Of a stretch of 40,937 nucleotides of DNA, positions 24,739 to 34,963 are shown one piece after another (within the stretch, counting starts at the first letter, position 1; every line of letters begins with the position of its first letter). Origin of the DNA: an uncultured Syntrophomonas sp. (GTDB lineage: Bacteria > Bacillota > Syntrophomonadia > Syntrophomonadales > Syntrophomonadaceae). The translations under genes and the position numbers were made by a program. The notes below the pieces were generated by a model. It made no database searches. It saw only the letters and a program-made list of their open reading frames with translations, and was not told the origin of the DNA. The stretch lies in assembly GCA_964619655.1 (NCBI GenBank), contig CAZUFR010000001.1, positions 1-40,937 on the forward strand. Reading direction: 5' to 3'.

Positions 24739-25641
24739 CTAGGGCAAGTAAATCTGGGGATCCTGTGGTTCTCCGTCCTTTTTTATGGCAAAATGCAGGT
24801 GCGGACCTGTGCTCCTGCCAGTATTACCCATACGGGCAATTTCTTCGCCCTTTTTAACCTTATCGCCCTCTTTTACCATCAGAGTAGAATTATGACCATA
24901 TATGGTTTTAAAACCATAACCATGGTCGATTTCTACCATTTTACCGTAAGCACCCTTCCACCCGGCAAAAATGACGGTGCCGTCAGCAGCGGCTACCACC
25001 GTCGCTCCTGAATTATTCGCTATGTCTATTCCCTCATGAAAACTACTCCCCCGACCACCAAAGGGAGAGCTGCGCCATCCGAATTCAGAGCTAATGTCAC
25101 CCTGGGCCGGCCATTGGTTGGGTATACTACGAAAATACGTCTTGTTATTGTTTGCTCGGGCAAGCAGTTCGTCCAATTCTTTTTCCTGTATTGCCAACCG
25201 GGTCTGGATTTCTACGGTCTGTTGTAAGGCATCATTCCTGCCTGTATCCCGGACACGGTTGTCTAATCCGCCTTTACCGCCCCGAGAAGGTTCAATCGGG
25301 CGATTGTTTTCGCTCTTAATGCCCATAATTCTTTTAAGCTGCATCTGCTTTTGGGCTATTTCTTCCTGTTGTTCTTCGATCTTTTTAATCTCCTGGTTTA
25401 GTAATTCTATGGTTTCCGCCTTTTCCCGGTTATCCTGCTTTAGGCTGGTAACGTGGCGGATTTCATCTTGACTTACATAGAACCACACACCAATGGCAGC
25501 AAAACAGATTATGACAGCCGCAATAACTGCAGTAATTCTAGAAATAAGTTTTCTGGACATGTTCCACTGTAAAGGTCGGGATGCACCATGGGGAATAAGC
25601 ATAAAAGTCATCTGCTCATTATGCTTCTTTTTCTTTTTCAT
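24739..25641 (-). CDS. M23/LytM-family metallopeptidase with N-terminal TM anchor and coiled coil
   Basis: HEGIDI (HxxxD) and GPHLHF (HxH) zinc motifs, a TM segment at the N-terminus, and a Q/E-rich coiled coil. Confidence 0.88.
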   Translation of the reverse strand: MKKKKKHNEQMTFMLIPHGASRPLQWNMSRKLISRITAVIAAVIICFAAIGVWFYVSQDEIRHVTSLKQDNREKAETIELLNQEIKKIEEQQEEIAQKQMQLKRIMGIKSENNRPIEPSRGGKGGLDNRVRDTGRNDALQQTVEIQTRLAIQEKELDELLARANNNKTYFRSIPNQWPAQGDISSEFGWRSSPFGGRGSSFHEGIDIANNSGATVVAAADGTVIFAGWKGAYGKMVEIDHGYGFKTIYGHNSTLMVKEGDKVKKGEEIARMGNTGRSTGPHLHFAIKKDGEPQDPQIYLP

Positions 25642-25764
25642 TGCCTGTCCTCATCTTTGTGTTTTGGTTACATCAAATTATTGCCAATTTTTAAGATATC
25701 ATATCAATTTTTCCGCATCTTGTAAAACTTACGTCTTTATAAGTGTTTCCATTAGACTATAAAA

Positions 25765-25780
25765 TGTTTCACGTGAAACA
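25765..25780. promoter_or_regulatory. parS: parS site 1 (TGTTTCACGTGAAACA)
   Basis: Perfect 16-bp palindrome matching the Firmicute parS consensus TGTTNCACGTGAAACA. It extends to a 24-bp palindrome at 25761-25784. Confidence 0.9.
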
Positions 25781-25800
25781 TTTTGGTCTGCCCACAGAAA

Positions 25801-25816
25801 TGTTTCACGTGAAACA
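25801..25816. promoter_or_regulatory. parS: parS site 2 (TGTTTCACGTGAAACA)
   Basis: Identical palindrome, 36 bp centre-to-centre from site 1. Confidence 0.9.
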
Positions 25817-25916
25817 TTTTTTAAATAAACCCCCGATAGTTCACGGGAGGAAGCCATCACAAATAAAAATAGCAGATAGGTTAATGGCCATACGAGTTAC
25901 CTTCTCTATGATTTCG

Positions 25917-25946
25917 ATAGAACGACCCCTGTGTCGTTCCGGGTGA
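25917..25946 (+). repeat. REP-like element, divergent copy (aTAG head, stem GAACGAC/GTCGTTC, loop CCCTGT, tail CGGGTGA)
   Basis: Same loop and tail pattern as the GTAG copies, but with a different, fully paired stem. Confidence 0.55.
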
Positions 25947-26057
25947 TTTTATGAATTTACCGCAATTTGATTTATAAACAATGAAGGTTTAACGGTGTTT
26001 AATAAAAAAAGTCAGTGTCATTCATAGGAAATCAGTGTATTCAGTGTCAAGGAAATT

Positions 26058-26894
26058 CTATTTTCTTATTAACATTTCCATTATTCGCTCAAGTTCCTCT
26101 TCGCTATAGTAAGTGATTAGTATTTTTCCTCCCTTATTAAGGGTGATTATTTCAGCTTTAGTTCCAAAGTGTTTTTGTAGTTTTTCTTCTAAATCTAGTA
26201 CCTCCACCGGTTTCTCAAAAACAAACTCCTGAATTACTCTTCGAGTCTTTACCCGTTTCTCTGCGTCTCGTACCGACATACCCTTTTTGGTAATCTCCCG
26301 GGCAGCGGCTAACTGCTCCTTCTGCCCGGGCAAGGAGAGTATGGCCCGAGCATGGCCAGCACTCAGTTGTCCGGACTCAATCATTTCCAAAATACTGGGG
26401 GGCAGGTTAAGAATGCGCAAGGTGTTAGCTATATGGGAGCGGCTTTTACCAATTTTTTGAGACAACATTTCCTGAGTATATTGGTAACGCTCCATCATCA
26501 AGCGATAGGCCTGGGCCTCTTCTATGGCAGTAAGATCCTCCCGCTGCAAGTTTTCAATTAATGACAGCTCCCCGGCCTGGGAATCGTCTAGTTGGCGAAT
26601 TATAACTGGTATAGTACGTAAGCCTGCAATCTGTGCTGCCCGCCACCGCCTCTCACCAGCGATAATTTCATATCGGTCTCCTTTTTCCCTGACCAGTACC
26701 GGCTGCAAAACCCCATGTTCAGTTAGGGATCCGGCTAATTCCTGAAGGCTCTCTTCATCAAACGCTTTACGGGGTTGGTCTTCCCGAGCTACTATCATCT
26801 CTATATCTAATTCCGTTATTTCCATATAACCTTCATTCTCAGTGCTAAACAGGGCATCCAGTCCCCGACCCAGTCCTCGTTCTTTTTTAGACAC
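26058..26894 (-). CDS. spo0J: Chromosome partitioning protein ParB/Spo0J
   Basis: ParB box [11 protein letters not shown] and HTH region. It overlaps the soj end by 8 nt. Confidence 0.92.
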   Translation of the reverse strand: MSKKERGLGRGLDALFSTENEGYMEITELDIEMIVAREDQPRKAFDEESLQELAGSLTEHGVLQPVLVREKGDRYEIIAGERRWRAAQIAGLRTIPVIIRQLDDSQAGELSLIENLQREDLTAIEEAQAYRLMMERYQYTQEMLSQKIGKSRSHIANTLRILNLPPSILEMIESGQLSAGHARAILSLPGQKEQLAAAREITKKGMSVRDAEKRVKTRRVIQEFVFEKPVEVLDLEEKLQKHFGTKAEIITLNKGGKILITYYSEEELERIMEMLIRK

Positions 26895-27648
26895 GCTCTA
26901 ACACCTCCCGCGCTAGTTCTCTATAAACTTCTGCACCTCTGGAACGGGGATCATATGTAACCACAGGCATTCCGTGGCTGGGTGCTTCACTTAATCTAAC
27001 ATTTCGAGGAATAATGGTTCTATAAACCTGCTGCCGGAAGTGACGTTTTACTTCATCTACCACCTGAATAGATAAATTGGTGCGCCCATCAAACATGGTA
27101 AAGACTATGCCCTCCACTTTTAACATAGGGTTTAGTCTCTTCTTAACTAAACTAATGGTATCCATAAGCAAGCTTAACCCTTCCAGCGCATAATACTCGC
27201 ACTGTAAGGGAATAATGACTGAATTGCTAGCGGTTAAAGCGTTGATGGTTAGCAGTCCCAGAGAAGGCGGGCAATCCAATAGTATGTACTCATAATCATT
27301 GATAACCTCATCCAGCGTATTCTTTATCCGCTGTTCCCGGTCCTCTGCCGTTGCTAATTCTACTTCTGCCCCGGCCAATTGAATAGTCGCCGGTATAATA
27401 TCCAGATTTGCTATCCGGGTCTTCCTTATGACTTTCCTAGTTTCTATTCCATCAATAATCAGGTTATAAATACATTGCTGTAACCGCCTGCGCTCTATTC
27501 CCAGCCCGCTACTGGCATTACCCTGTGGATCGCAATCCAGCAAGAGTACCCGATAGTTTTCCATAGCCATCGATGCGGCCAGGTTTACCGCCGTTGTGGT
27601 TTTCCCTACGCCACCTTTTTGATTGGCCAGGGAAATAATTTTACCCAA
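26887..27648 (-). CDS. soj: Chromosome partitioning ATPase ParA/Soj
   Basis: Deviant Walker [11 protein letters not shown]. 253 aa, with a TTG start behind GAGGTGG. Confidence 0.92.
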   Translation of the reverse strand: MGKIISLANQKGGVGKTTTAVNLAASMAMENYRVLLLDCDPQGNASSGLGIERRRLQQCIYNLIIDGIETRKVIRKTRIANLDIIPATIQLAGAEVELATAEDREQRIKNTLDEVINDYEYILLDCPPSLGLLTINALTASNSVIIPLQCEYYALEGLSLLMDTISLVKKRLNPMLKVEGIVFTMFDGRTNLSIQVVDEVKRHFRQQVYRTIIPRNVRLSEAPSHGMPVVTYDPRSRGAEVYRELAREVLERV

Positions 27649-27800
27649 ACCATTACCACCTCTTTCAAATGCTACCTACTATATTTCATCTTATTATCCG
27701 GAAAATCCTGCCTATTAATTAGAAAATAGATGGTTAAATGGACGCGGACTCGCTTTGTTCGCACGGATTGGGCAGGATTTACACGGATTTTTTATGTTTT

Positions 27801-27837
27801 TGTAGGGTCAGACCCGCGTATCTGACCGGCCGACCAC
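27801..27837 (+). repeat. REP-like element, copy 4 (stem GGTCAGA/TCTGACC)
   Basis: tGTAGggtcagacccgcgtatctgaccggccgaccac. Stem positions are changed in pairs relative to copies 1 and 2. Confidence 0.8.
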
Positions 27838-27854
27838 CGTACTTCTATACCAAA

Positions 27855-27870
27855 TGTTTCACGTGAAACA
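27855..27870. promoter_or_regulatory. parS: parS site 3 (TGTTTCACGTGAAACA)
   Basis: Perfect palindrome in the noc-soj spacer. Confidence 0.9.
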
Positions 27871-28019
27871 TTTTAGGAAAGTAGACTATTAGACGCTTGG
27901 GGGAGGCTGACCTGGGATTCAGTTAAGGCGAAAATAAGCGCTGAGTACCGGCTAGCATCGATGGTATGTGTCCCACTAAGCCAGGTTCAAATGTTAAAAT
28001 GTGGGAAACATTTCCTCAC

Positions 28020-28043
28020 AAAAAAAAGAGCGGTTTCCCGCTC
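28020..28043 (-). terminator. Rho-independent terminator after noc (GAGCGG gaaa CCGCTC + T8)
   Basis: Read on the minus strand, 27 nt downstream of the noc stop. Confidence 0.8.
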
Positions 28044-28069
28044 CCCACTGGGGCCTTTAATATGTTGCT

Positions 28070-28924
28070 TCAGGCAAGAGCCTGGGTTTTTCGCTCCTCT
28101 TTGTGTACTCGGATAATGATTTCATACTGTTCATCCTCATCATTTTCCATCATTAATATATCTACCCCGGTTTGTCGGGCTCGCTCAACCGTTTCCTTAA
28201 TAGTGTTCATAAATATCCTGGCATCCCTTATAATCATGGAAATATTCTGACTGTTGCTTCTGGGTTTTGTTTCCCCAGGAATATTATTACAGCTTAACCT
28301 TTCTACCAGTTCTTCCGTATCTTTAACCGTAAGCTCCCTTTCATATATCTGGTTAATTACCTCTTCTTGCATATGACTGGCATTAAGTTTTAACAAGGCC
28401 TGGGCATGTTTTTCGCTTACTACTGAGCAATTAATGTTTTTCCGAATATATTCCGGTATTTTCAATAATCGCACCTTATCGGCAATGGCTGATTGGCTGT
28501 GTCCAAGCTTGTGGGCTATTTCCTCCCTGGAAAGTCCAAGCCCGTTAATCAAGGAGTTATAGGCTTCAGCCTCTTCAATATAGGTTAGTTCCTGGTGCTG
28601 CAAATTCTCCATCAGTGATATGGCTGCTACTTCCTCATCACTCATTTCCCGAATTATCGCCGCTATTTGTATCTTACCCAGGAGGTAGCAGGCTCTAAAC
28701 CTTCTTGCCCCGGTTACGATCTGGTATTTATTATCACGGGGCCTTACAATAATAGGCTCAATTAAACCATGAATCATTATAGATCGGGTTAAGTCAACCA
28801 GTCCCTGTTCATCAAATCCATGACGGAACTGTATTGGATTGCTAATAATTTGGTTCAGAGGAATATAAGTAATCTTATCTCCGTCGTCTTTGCCCAGCAG
28901 CTTTTCCAGACGTTTACGAAGCAT
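28070..28924 (-). CDS. noc: Nucleoid occlusion protein Noc (ParB paralogue)
   Basis: ParB-like motif VTGARRFRAC. Conserved position between rsmG and soj. Confidence 0.85.
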   Translation of the reverse strand: MLRKRLEKLLGKDDGDKITYIPLNQIISNPIQFRHGFDEQGLVDLTRSIMIHGLIEPIIVRPRDNKYQIVTGARRFRACYLLGKIQIAAIIREMSDEEVAAISLMENLQHQELTYIEEAEAYNSLINGLGLSREEIAHKLGHSQSAIADKVRLLKIPEYIRKNINCSVVSEKHAQALLKLNASHMQEEVINQIYERELTVKDTEELVERLSCNNIPGETKPRSNSQNISMIIRDARIFMNTIKETVERARQTGVDILMMENDEDEQYEIIIRVHKEERKTQALA

Positions 28925-28938
28925 TGGAGCACACCTCC

Positions 28939-29586
28939 TTATAAAGGCCTCTTAGCAGGAATCCCTACCCGACGTGGGTATTTTTCAGGTGTAGGCTTGT
29001 CCTTTCTAACGATTACTATTGCCCGATCCCGTTCTTCCATCAAGGTATAACGGTAAACATCCTCTACCAATCCACCCAGTATAGCCAGGGCGTTTTGTGC
29101 CTGGTCTGTTTCCTGCTGATAATTCCTACCTTTCCAAAGTAACAATCGCCCACCAGGACCTAGCAACGGTAAACCATATTCCAGTAGCACGTTCAGTGAT
29201 GCTACCGCCCGGCTGCTGCAGAGGCTGAAACTACTTCTATATCTGCTGTCCTGCCCCAGTTCCTCCACCCGGGCACATATTACCTCCACATTAGTCAATT
29301 CCAGTTCCCGGGTAACCTCCTTTAGAAACTGACTTTTCTTATGGTCGGATTCCACCAGGGTGATATCCGCCTGGGGGCAGACTATAGCTATTATCATTCC
29401 GGGAAAACCAGCTCCGCTGCCTATATCAACCAACTTTTCAGAACTCAAGTCTAAAACGTCTTTAATTATTAAACTATCTTCAATATGTTTCTCTATCTCA
29501 TAGGCCATGTTTTTTCTACTAATTAAGTTTTGCCTCTGGTTCTCCAGGGTTAGCATTTCTATGTACTTATTTACATTATATTCCAT
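28939..29586 (-). CDS. rsmG: 16S rRNA (guanine527-N7)-methyltransferase RsmG (GidB)
   Basis: SAM motif DIGSGAGFPG. It follows mnmG. Confidence 0.9.
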   Translation of the reverse strand: MEYNVNKYIEMLTLENQRQNLISRKNMAYEIEKHIEDSLIIKDVLDLSSEKLVDIGSGAGFPGMIIAIVCPQADITLVESDHKKSQFLKEVTRELELTNVEVICARVEELGQDSRYRSSFSLCSSRAVASLNVLLEYGLPLLGPGGRLLLWKGRNYQQETDQAQNALAILGGLVEDVYRYTLMEERDRAIVIVRKDKPTPEKYPRRVGIPAKRPL

Positions 29587-29595
29587 ATCCGTTTC

Positions 29596-31470
29596 TTATT
29601 TCCTTCTTTTCTTTTCTAAAAAAATTAAAAGTATATTTATATCTGCCGGGTTAATACCAAAAACCCGGGATGCCTGTCCAATAGATTCCGGTCTTATCTG
29701 CTTAAATTTATGCCTGGCCTCATTGGATAGGCCAAATATTTCATCATAATCTATATCCGGGGGGATTAGCTTGCTTTCCATTTTTTCAAACCGCCTGACC
29801 TGCTCCTCCTGCTTTTTTATATAACCCTCGTATTTTGATTGTATTTCCAGTTGTTCCAGAATATCCTCATCCTGTTGTTCTAGCCATCCCATTTTTATAT
29901 AATCGTCTATTCGTATTTCCGGACGCCGCAACAATTTCCACAGGGAAATCCGGTCTTTAAGATCAACACTACCTCGGGACTGCAAGAAATCGCTCATTTC
30001 CATATCTGCCGGGGTATAACTCTGTTCCTTTAATAGCCCTATTTCATGCTCCAGAATATTTTTCTTTTCGTTGTAAGCCTGCCAACGTTCATCACTTACT
30101 AATCCAATACTTCTGCCTTTTTCGGTAATCCTTAAATCCGCATTGTCCTGCCGTAGCAGCAGGCGATATTCCGCCCGGGAAGTGAGAAGGCGATAAGGTT
30201 CATCAATGTCTCCGGTAATCAAGTCATCCACCAGTACACCAATAAAGGCTTCACTGCGTTTTAAAACCAGGGGCTCTTCTTCCTGTACTTTCAGAGCCGC
30301 ATTTATACCTGCTATTAGTCCTTGTGCCGCCGCTTCTTCATAGCCGGAGGTACCATTAATTTGCCCCGCGGTAAACAAACCCTCTACCTGTCTTGTTTCC
30401 AGGCTGGAGCGTAATTGCGCCGGCGGCAGATAGTCATACTCTATGGCATATCCGGTTCTTATGATAGCTACGTTTTCCAAACCGGGAATGCTTTTTAATA
30501 CCTTTACCTGTACATCCTCGGGCAAACTGGTATTTAGCCCCTGGATATACATTTCTTCCGTATCTCGCCCTTCCGGCTCTATGAATATCTGGTGCGAGTC
30601 CTTGTGGGCAAAACGTACCACTTTATCTTCAAAAGAAGGGCAGTAACGTGGTCCCTTCCCCTTAATGACCCCGGTATACATTGGAGCCCGGTCCAGGTTA
30701 TCCATAACTATTTGATGAGTAGCAGCGGTACTATGAGTGAGCCAGCATGAATACTGATCTCTTGTTACCCGGGGACTCATATAAGAAAAACGTAACGGAC
30801 GGTCATCACCAGGCTGTTCAATCATTTTAGAGAAATCAACTGAACGTCGGTAGATACGGGGAGGGGTTCCGGTTTTAAATCGACCTAGCTCTAAGCCCAA
30901 TTTTCTCAGGCTATCGGAGAGTTTAACAGCTGGAAATTGGTTTCCCGGGCCACCATCGTACATGACCTCACCAATTATTATGCGCCCCTTCAAATAGGTA
31001 CCTGAAGTTATAACTACTGCCCGGCAATCAAACCTGGCTCCGGTACGGGTAATCACAGCGTTTACTGCTCCACCCCGGGTCTCAATTTCCTCAGCTTCGG
31101 CCATTATGATTTTTAGTCGGGGTTGGTTAAACAGGGTTTTAAGCATTTTATTATGATATTCATGTTTGTCGGCCTGGGCCCTTATAGCTTGAACTGCAGG
31201 GCCTTTACCGGTATTTATTACCCTCATCTGGATGGCCGATTGGTCAACATTAATGGCCATTTCTCCTCCCAGGGCATCAATCTCCCTGACCAACTGGGCC
31301 TTGGCCGGCCCACCAATAGATGGATTACAGGGCATCAGAGCTACATTCTCCATGCTCAGGGTAATCATTAAGGTTTCGCATCCCATACGCGCAGATGCCA
31401 GGGCTGCCTCACACCCGGCATGCCCTGCCCCGATTACAATTACATCATAACTGCCTGCATTATAAATCAT
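29596..31470 (-). CDS. mnmG: tRNA uridine 5-carboxymethylaminomethyl modification enzyme MnmG (GidA)
   Basis: FAD motif [15 protein letters not shown]. About 624 aa. ATG 31470 lies behind GGAGG. Confidence 0.95.
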   Translation of the reverse strand: MIYNAGSYDVIVIGAGHAGCEAALASARMGCETLMITLSMENVALMPCNPSIGGPAKAQLVREIDALGGEMAINVDQSAIQMRVINTGKGPAVQAIRAQADKHEYHNKMLKTLFNQPRLKIIMAEAEEIETRGGAVNAVITRTGARFDCRAVVITSGTYLKGRIIIGEVMYDGGPGNQFPAVKLSDSLRKLGLELGRFKTGTPPRIYRRSVDFSKMIEQPGDDRPLRFSYMSPRVTRDQYSCWLTHSTAATHQIVMDNLDRAPMYTGVIKGKGPRYCPSFEDKVVRFAHKDSHQIFIEPEGRDTEEMYIQGLNTSLPEDVQVKVLKSIPGLENVAIIRTGYAIEYDYLPPAQLRSSLETRQVEGLFTAGQINGTSGYEEAAAQGLIAGINAALKVQEEEPLVLKRSEAFIGVLVDDLITGDIDEPYRLLTSRAEYRLLLRQDNADLRITEKGRSIGLVSDERWQAYNEKKNILEHEIGLLKEQSYTPADMEMSDFLQSRGSVDLKDRISLWKLLRRPEIRIDDYIKMGWLEQQDEDILEQLEIQSKYEGYIKKQEEQVRRFEKMESKLIPPDIDYDEIFGLSNEARHKFKQIRPESIGQASRVFGINPADINILLIFLEKKRRK

Positions 31471-31567
31471 GCCCGCCTCCAAAATAGATTTTTAATTCAC
31501 GCGGATACCGCGGATAAGCATTTATTGTTATGCCAACTATTTACACGCGATTATGTTGCTATCAAAT

Positions 31568-32944
31568 CTATTTCCCAATACAAAAATCATGAAACATTCT
31601 ATCCAGTACCTCTTCCCGGAGGTTCTTGCCGGTTATCTCGCCCAGGGCCTCAAGGGCTCCCCAGACATCTACCCCCAGGCAATCCAGCGGTACCTGGTTT
31701 AACTCTTTTAATGCATCCTGTAAATGCTGGCTGGCTCTTATTAATGCTTCACGCTGGCGCAGATTAATCATAATTTCCAGATCATCAGATTGTAGTTTAC
31801 CTCCCAGCACCATTTCTTCTATACTGTCTTCTACTTCCTCAATACCCTGTTCCTCTTTAGCCGACACCTTTATAACCTTTACCCCGGGAAAATATTGTTC
31901 CATATCCCGGTTAGTTATATTCTTCTCCTCCAGATCTTCCTTGTTAACCAGAATTATCAGATTCTGATTCTCTATGTTTCTATATATGTTAAGGTCATCA
32001 TCGGTAATGCCGTCTCCTGCATCTAGTAGAAAAAGCACTAAATTAGCTTCTGCAATTACTTCCTGAGATTTTTCCACCCCAATCTGTTCTACTATATCGG
32101 AGGTGGCATGGATACCGGCTGTATCTATTAACCTCACCGGTATGCCTTTAATAATCAGCTGCTCCTCTATAACATCCCGGGTAGTTCCCGGTATGCTGGT
32201 AACAATGGCTCTATCCTTTCTTAGCAGGGTATTTAAGAGACTAGATTTGCCCACATTGGGTTTTCCACAGATAGCTATACTTATACCTTCCCGGTAAACA
32301 TCAGCCCGTTTCCCAGCCCGGATGAGTCGGTTAATTACCTCCATTAATTCAAGCATTATGGTTTTTGCCCGGTTGTACTCCAAATCCCCAACCTCTTCGG
32401 GAAAATCCAAACTGGCTTCTACCATAGCGTTTAGTTCTAGCAAGCGGTCTTCCAGGGTATGGATGTATTCGCTGTTACGGCCTTTCAGCTGCTTTAAAGC
32501 CAGGTTCATGCTTTTATCGCTCTTGGCTCGAATTATTTCAATAACTGCCTCCGCCTGACTGGCATCTAGACGCCCGTTTAAAAAGGCCCTGCGGGTAAAC
32601 TCACCTGGTTCGGCAATGCGGACACCCTGGTGGATAACCGTTTCCAGGCAGCGGCGGGCCGGCAACATCCCTCCATGACAATGAATTTCAATCACATCTT
32701 CACCGGTATAACTACGGGGAGCACGCATTAAAGCCAGCAAGACTTCATCTATGGTTTCCCCATCGGTGTCCATTATCCAGCCCAGGGTCAGAGAATACCC
32801 TTCTTTATTGCGTATATCAATATCATTGCGCCGGGGGCTAAAAATCTGACTGGCTTTATCTATGACCCCACTCCCACTTAACCGGATAATAGCAATCCCC
32901 CCCTCTCCTGGAGGGGTAGATATGGCAGCTATGTCGTCATACAT
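31568..32944 (-). CDS. mnmE: tRNA modification GTPase MnmE (TrmE/ThdF)
   Basis: N-terminal [21 protein letters not shown]1 motif [13 protein letters not shown]-terminal CIGK. ATG 32944 lies behind AGGTGA. Confidence 0.95.
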   Translation of the reverse strand: MYDDIAAISTPPGEGGIAIIRLSGSGVIDKASQIFSPRRNDIDIRNKEGYSLTLGWIMDTDGETIDEVLLALMRAPRSYTGEDVIEIHCHGGMLPARRCLETVIHQGVRIAEPGEFTRRAFLNGRLDASQAEAVIEIIRAKSDKSMNLALKQLKGRNSEYIHTLEDRLLELNAMVEASLDFPEEVGDLEYNRAKTIMLELMEVINRLIRAGKRADVYREGISIAICGKPNVGKSSLLNTLLRKDRAIVTSIPGTTRDVIEEQLIIKGIPVRLIDTAGIHATSDIVEQIGVEKSQEVIAEANLVLFLLDAGDGITDDDLNIYRNIENQNLIILVNKEDLEEKNITNRDMEQYFPGVKVIKVSAKEEQGIEEVEDSIEEMVLGGKLQSDDLEIMINLRQREALIRASQHLQDALKELNQVPLDCLGVDVWGALEALGEITGKNLREEVLDRMFHDFCIGK

Positions 32945-32990
32945 AACCATCACCTGCCTTTAGCAATTAATGTAATATAAAGAAATGCAT

Positions 32991-33098
32991 TGCATTTCAA
33001 CCATAATTCAAAATTTAAAATTCTTAATTAACCACGTATTTTGGGTTACCCCTGAACTTTGCTATACCTATATGTCTGCTACCAGCACTCTATTTTCT
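32991..33098 (+). repeat. Dispersed ~110-bp repeat, copy B
   Basis: See copy A at 10036-10150. It lies between the jag terminator and the mnmE start. Confidence 0.8.
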
Positions 33099-33160
33099 TA
33101 TTATTATCTTACCAAAATTCCCCGTAATCTACACAATAACAAAGCCTGAAGTTTTCCATT

Positions 33161-33188
33161 AAAAAAAGGCCCATTTAAGGGCCTTTTT
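33161..33188 (-). terminator. Rho-independent terminator after jag (GGCCC ttaaat GGGCC + T7)
   Basis: Hairpin 33168-33183 with A/T-run flanks, 8 nt downstream of the jag stop. Confidence 0.8.
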
Positions 33189-33195
33189 GGCGCTC

Positions 33196-33822
33196 TTATT
33201 TCTTTATTGAGATAACTACCTTGCGATTTGGTTCATCCCCAGTAGAATAGGTGCTAATCTGAGGGTCGCCCTGTAAAGCGGTATGAACTATTCTGCGCTC
33301 CTGCGAACTCATCGGTCTCATTACTACGCTCTTCCGGGTTTTCTTTACCCGCTCTGATAGCCTCAAGGCCAGGGCCTCCAAAGATTCTTCTCTCTTTTTA
33401 CGGTAGTCTTCTACATCCAGAACTACCCTTACCCTCTCTTCTCGGTTACGATTAACTATCAGTCCCAGTACAAATTGTACTGCATTAAGGGTTTCCCCTT
33501 TACGCCCTATAAGTAATCCCATATCTTTACCGGTTATATTTATCCTTACCCTGCCTTCTTCCCATTCCACATTGTTTATATGGTAATCCAATTTCATCTT
33601 GTTAAGAAGGTCTTCCAGTGCGTGGCGCACATCTTCTTCCGGCTTTTCTCTTACCGAAACCTTTACTATCGCAGGTTTCTTAACTAAACCCAGTAGTGCT
33701 GTACTTGGTTCCTCCATAACTTCAATAATCACATCATCAATCTCACAGCTTAATTCATCCAGGGCGGCCTTAATGGCTTCATCAACGCTTTTTCCCTTTT
33801 TTTCTATGCTTTGGACTTCCAT
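33196..33822 (-). CDS. jag: Jag/KhpB RNA-binding protein (KH + R3H domains)
   Basis: R3H motif SSQERRIVHTAL and KH-like GRKGETLNAVQ. It follows yidC. Confidence 0.9.
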   Translation of the reverse strand: MEVQSIEKKGKSVDEAIKAALDELSCEIDDVIIEVMEEPSTALLGLVKKPAIVKVSVREKPEEDVRHALEDLLNKMKLDYHINNVEWEEGRVRINITGKDMGLLIGRKGETLNAVQFVLGLIVNRNREERVRVVLDVEDYRKKREESLEALALRLSERVKKTRKSVVMRPMSSQERRIVHTALQGDPQISTYSTGDEPNRKVVISIKK

Positions 33823-34585
33823 TCTTCTTTCCTCCTTTGTCCCTCCCTGCTACCTTTTCTTTGGTGGAAGCCTTAGGTTCTACTGTTTCCACTACTTTTC
33901 CTTCCGCCTCTACACTTAATTCTATCCCAGTTCCCGTTGCAAGTTTGGCTCTTTGGTGCGAGTAGTTTACATATAGTTGCTGCAATATCCCGATTAGGTT
34001 AAAAATTACCCAGTATAAGGGCAGGCCTGCAGGCATTGTGGCAGCTATCCAGGCCATAAAAAGTGGCATAAAGTACAGCATTGATTTTTGGGTGGGGTCT
34101 TTGGTATCTACCATGGTAACTCTTTGTTGTATATAGGTCGTAAGTGCTGCCAAGACTGCCAGAATAAAATAGGGGTCTTTTGCTCCTATGTTGGGTATCC
34201 ACAAAAAACTGGCATGCTCGGCAAGTTTGAAATTAAAATGCAATAATGACTGGTAAAATGCTATAAATATGGGCATCTGAATAATTAATGGCAGACAGCC
34301 CCCAAATGGATTTACACCATTCTCCTTATACATCTCCATAACCTTGACCTGCATAGTCTGAGGGTCGTCCTTATATTTCTCCTGCAGATATTTAAGCTTG
34401 GGTTGTATTTCCTGCATCCCGCGCATTGATTTCAGCTGTTTTTGGGTAATCGGAAACAGCACCAGCTTAATAGCTATGGTCATAAAAATTATTGCCAGTC
34501 CATAATTAGGCACACCCAGGCTTACTGTTAATCCATACATAAATTGGATTACATCAGCAAACCACTGTACAAACGAATGCCACAA
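33782..34585 (-). CDS. yidC: Membrane protein insertase YidC/SpoIIIJ (short Firmicute type)
   Basis: Motifs KQLKSMRGMQEIQPKLKYLQEKYKDDPQ and NPFGGCLPLIIQMPIF, with a basic C-terminal tail. TTG start. Confidence 0.9.
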   Translation of the reverse strand: MWHSFVQWFADVIQFMYGLTVSLGVPNYGLAIIFMTIAIKLVLFPITQKQLKSMRGMQEIQPKLKYLQEKYKDDPQTMQVKVMEMYKENGVNPFGGCLPLIIQMPIFIAFYQSLLHFNFKLAEHASFLWIPNIGAKDPYFILAVLAALTTYIQQRVTMVDTKDPTQKSMLYFMPLFMAWIAATMPAGLPLYWVIFNLIGILQQLYVNYSHQRAKLATGTGIELSVEAEGKVVETVEPKASTKEKVAGRDKGGKKNGSPKHRKKGKKR

Positions 34586-34753
34586 AACTACTCCTGCGTA
34601 TCATTACTGATAGCAGGGTTCACCTCCCTTAGTGCTCTAAGCTAAGCGAATATTGCCCTGCCTCTTAATCGGTCATCTTTATCCGGTTAAACCCCCGGCG
34701 CATTTCAAATAGTAGCCCGGCTAAAAAGGCTTGTCTTAATCTAGTCCTGGCTT

Positions 34754-34963
34754 TTACGGTACCGGGTCATATCCACCATTATTATACGGATGACACCTGG
34801 ATATTCTTTTTGCAGCTAACCATCCTCCTTTAATCGCTCCATATTTCTCAATCGCCTCAATGGAATAACTTGAACAGGAAGGATAAAAACGGCAAGAAGG
34901 AGGCTTTAAAAAGGTGGCTTTTTGATATATTTTTATTAAAAAAATCATTAATCTTTTTAACAT
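34754..34963 (-). CDS. yidD: Membrane protein insertion efficiency factor YidD
   Basis: Signature [10 protein letters not shown]...GGYDPVP. Confidence 0.92.
   Translation of the reverse strand: MLKRLMIFLIKIYQKATFLKPPSCRFYPSCSSYSIEAIEKYGAIKGGWLAAKRISRCHPYNNGGYDPVP

Noticed and set aside
25743-25946. 67-aa ORF (MFPLDYKMFHVKHFGLPTEMFHVKHF...)
   Set aside because: The repeated MFHVKHF peptide is simply the parS palindrome translated. The remainder crosses a REP-like hairpin, so this is not a gene.
27996-28012. Fourth, degenerate parS (aaaatgtgggaaacatttcc)
   Set aside because: Only the right half-site GAAACA is retained, and the left half has a 2-nt insertion and mismatches. It is too weak to call.
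34586-34753. Orphan strong SD (AAGGGAGGTGA) and a ~16-codon ORF overlapping the yidC start, as a MifM-like regulatory leader
   Set aside because: The ATG is ~18 nt from the SD, and only a CTG lies at proper spacing. There is no arrest-peptide-like sequence that I can recognise, so this would be pure speculation.
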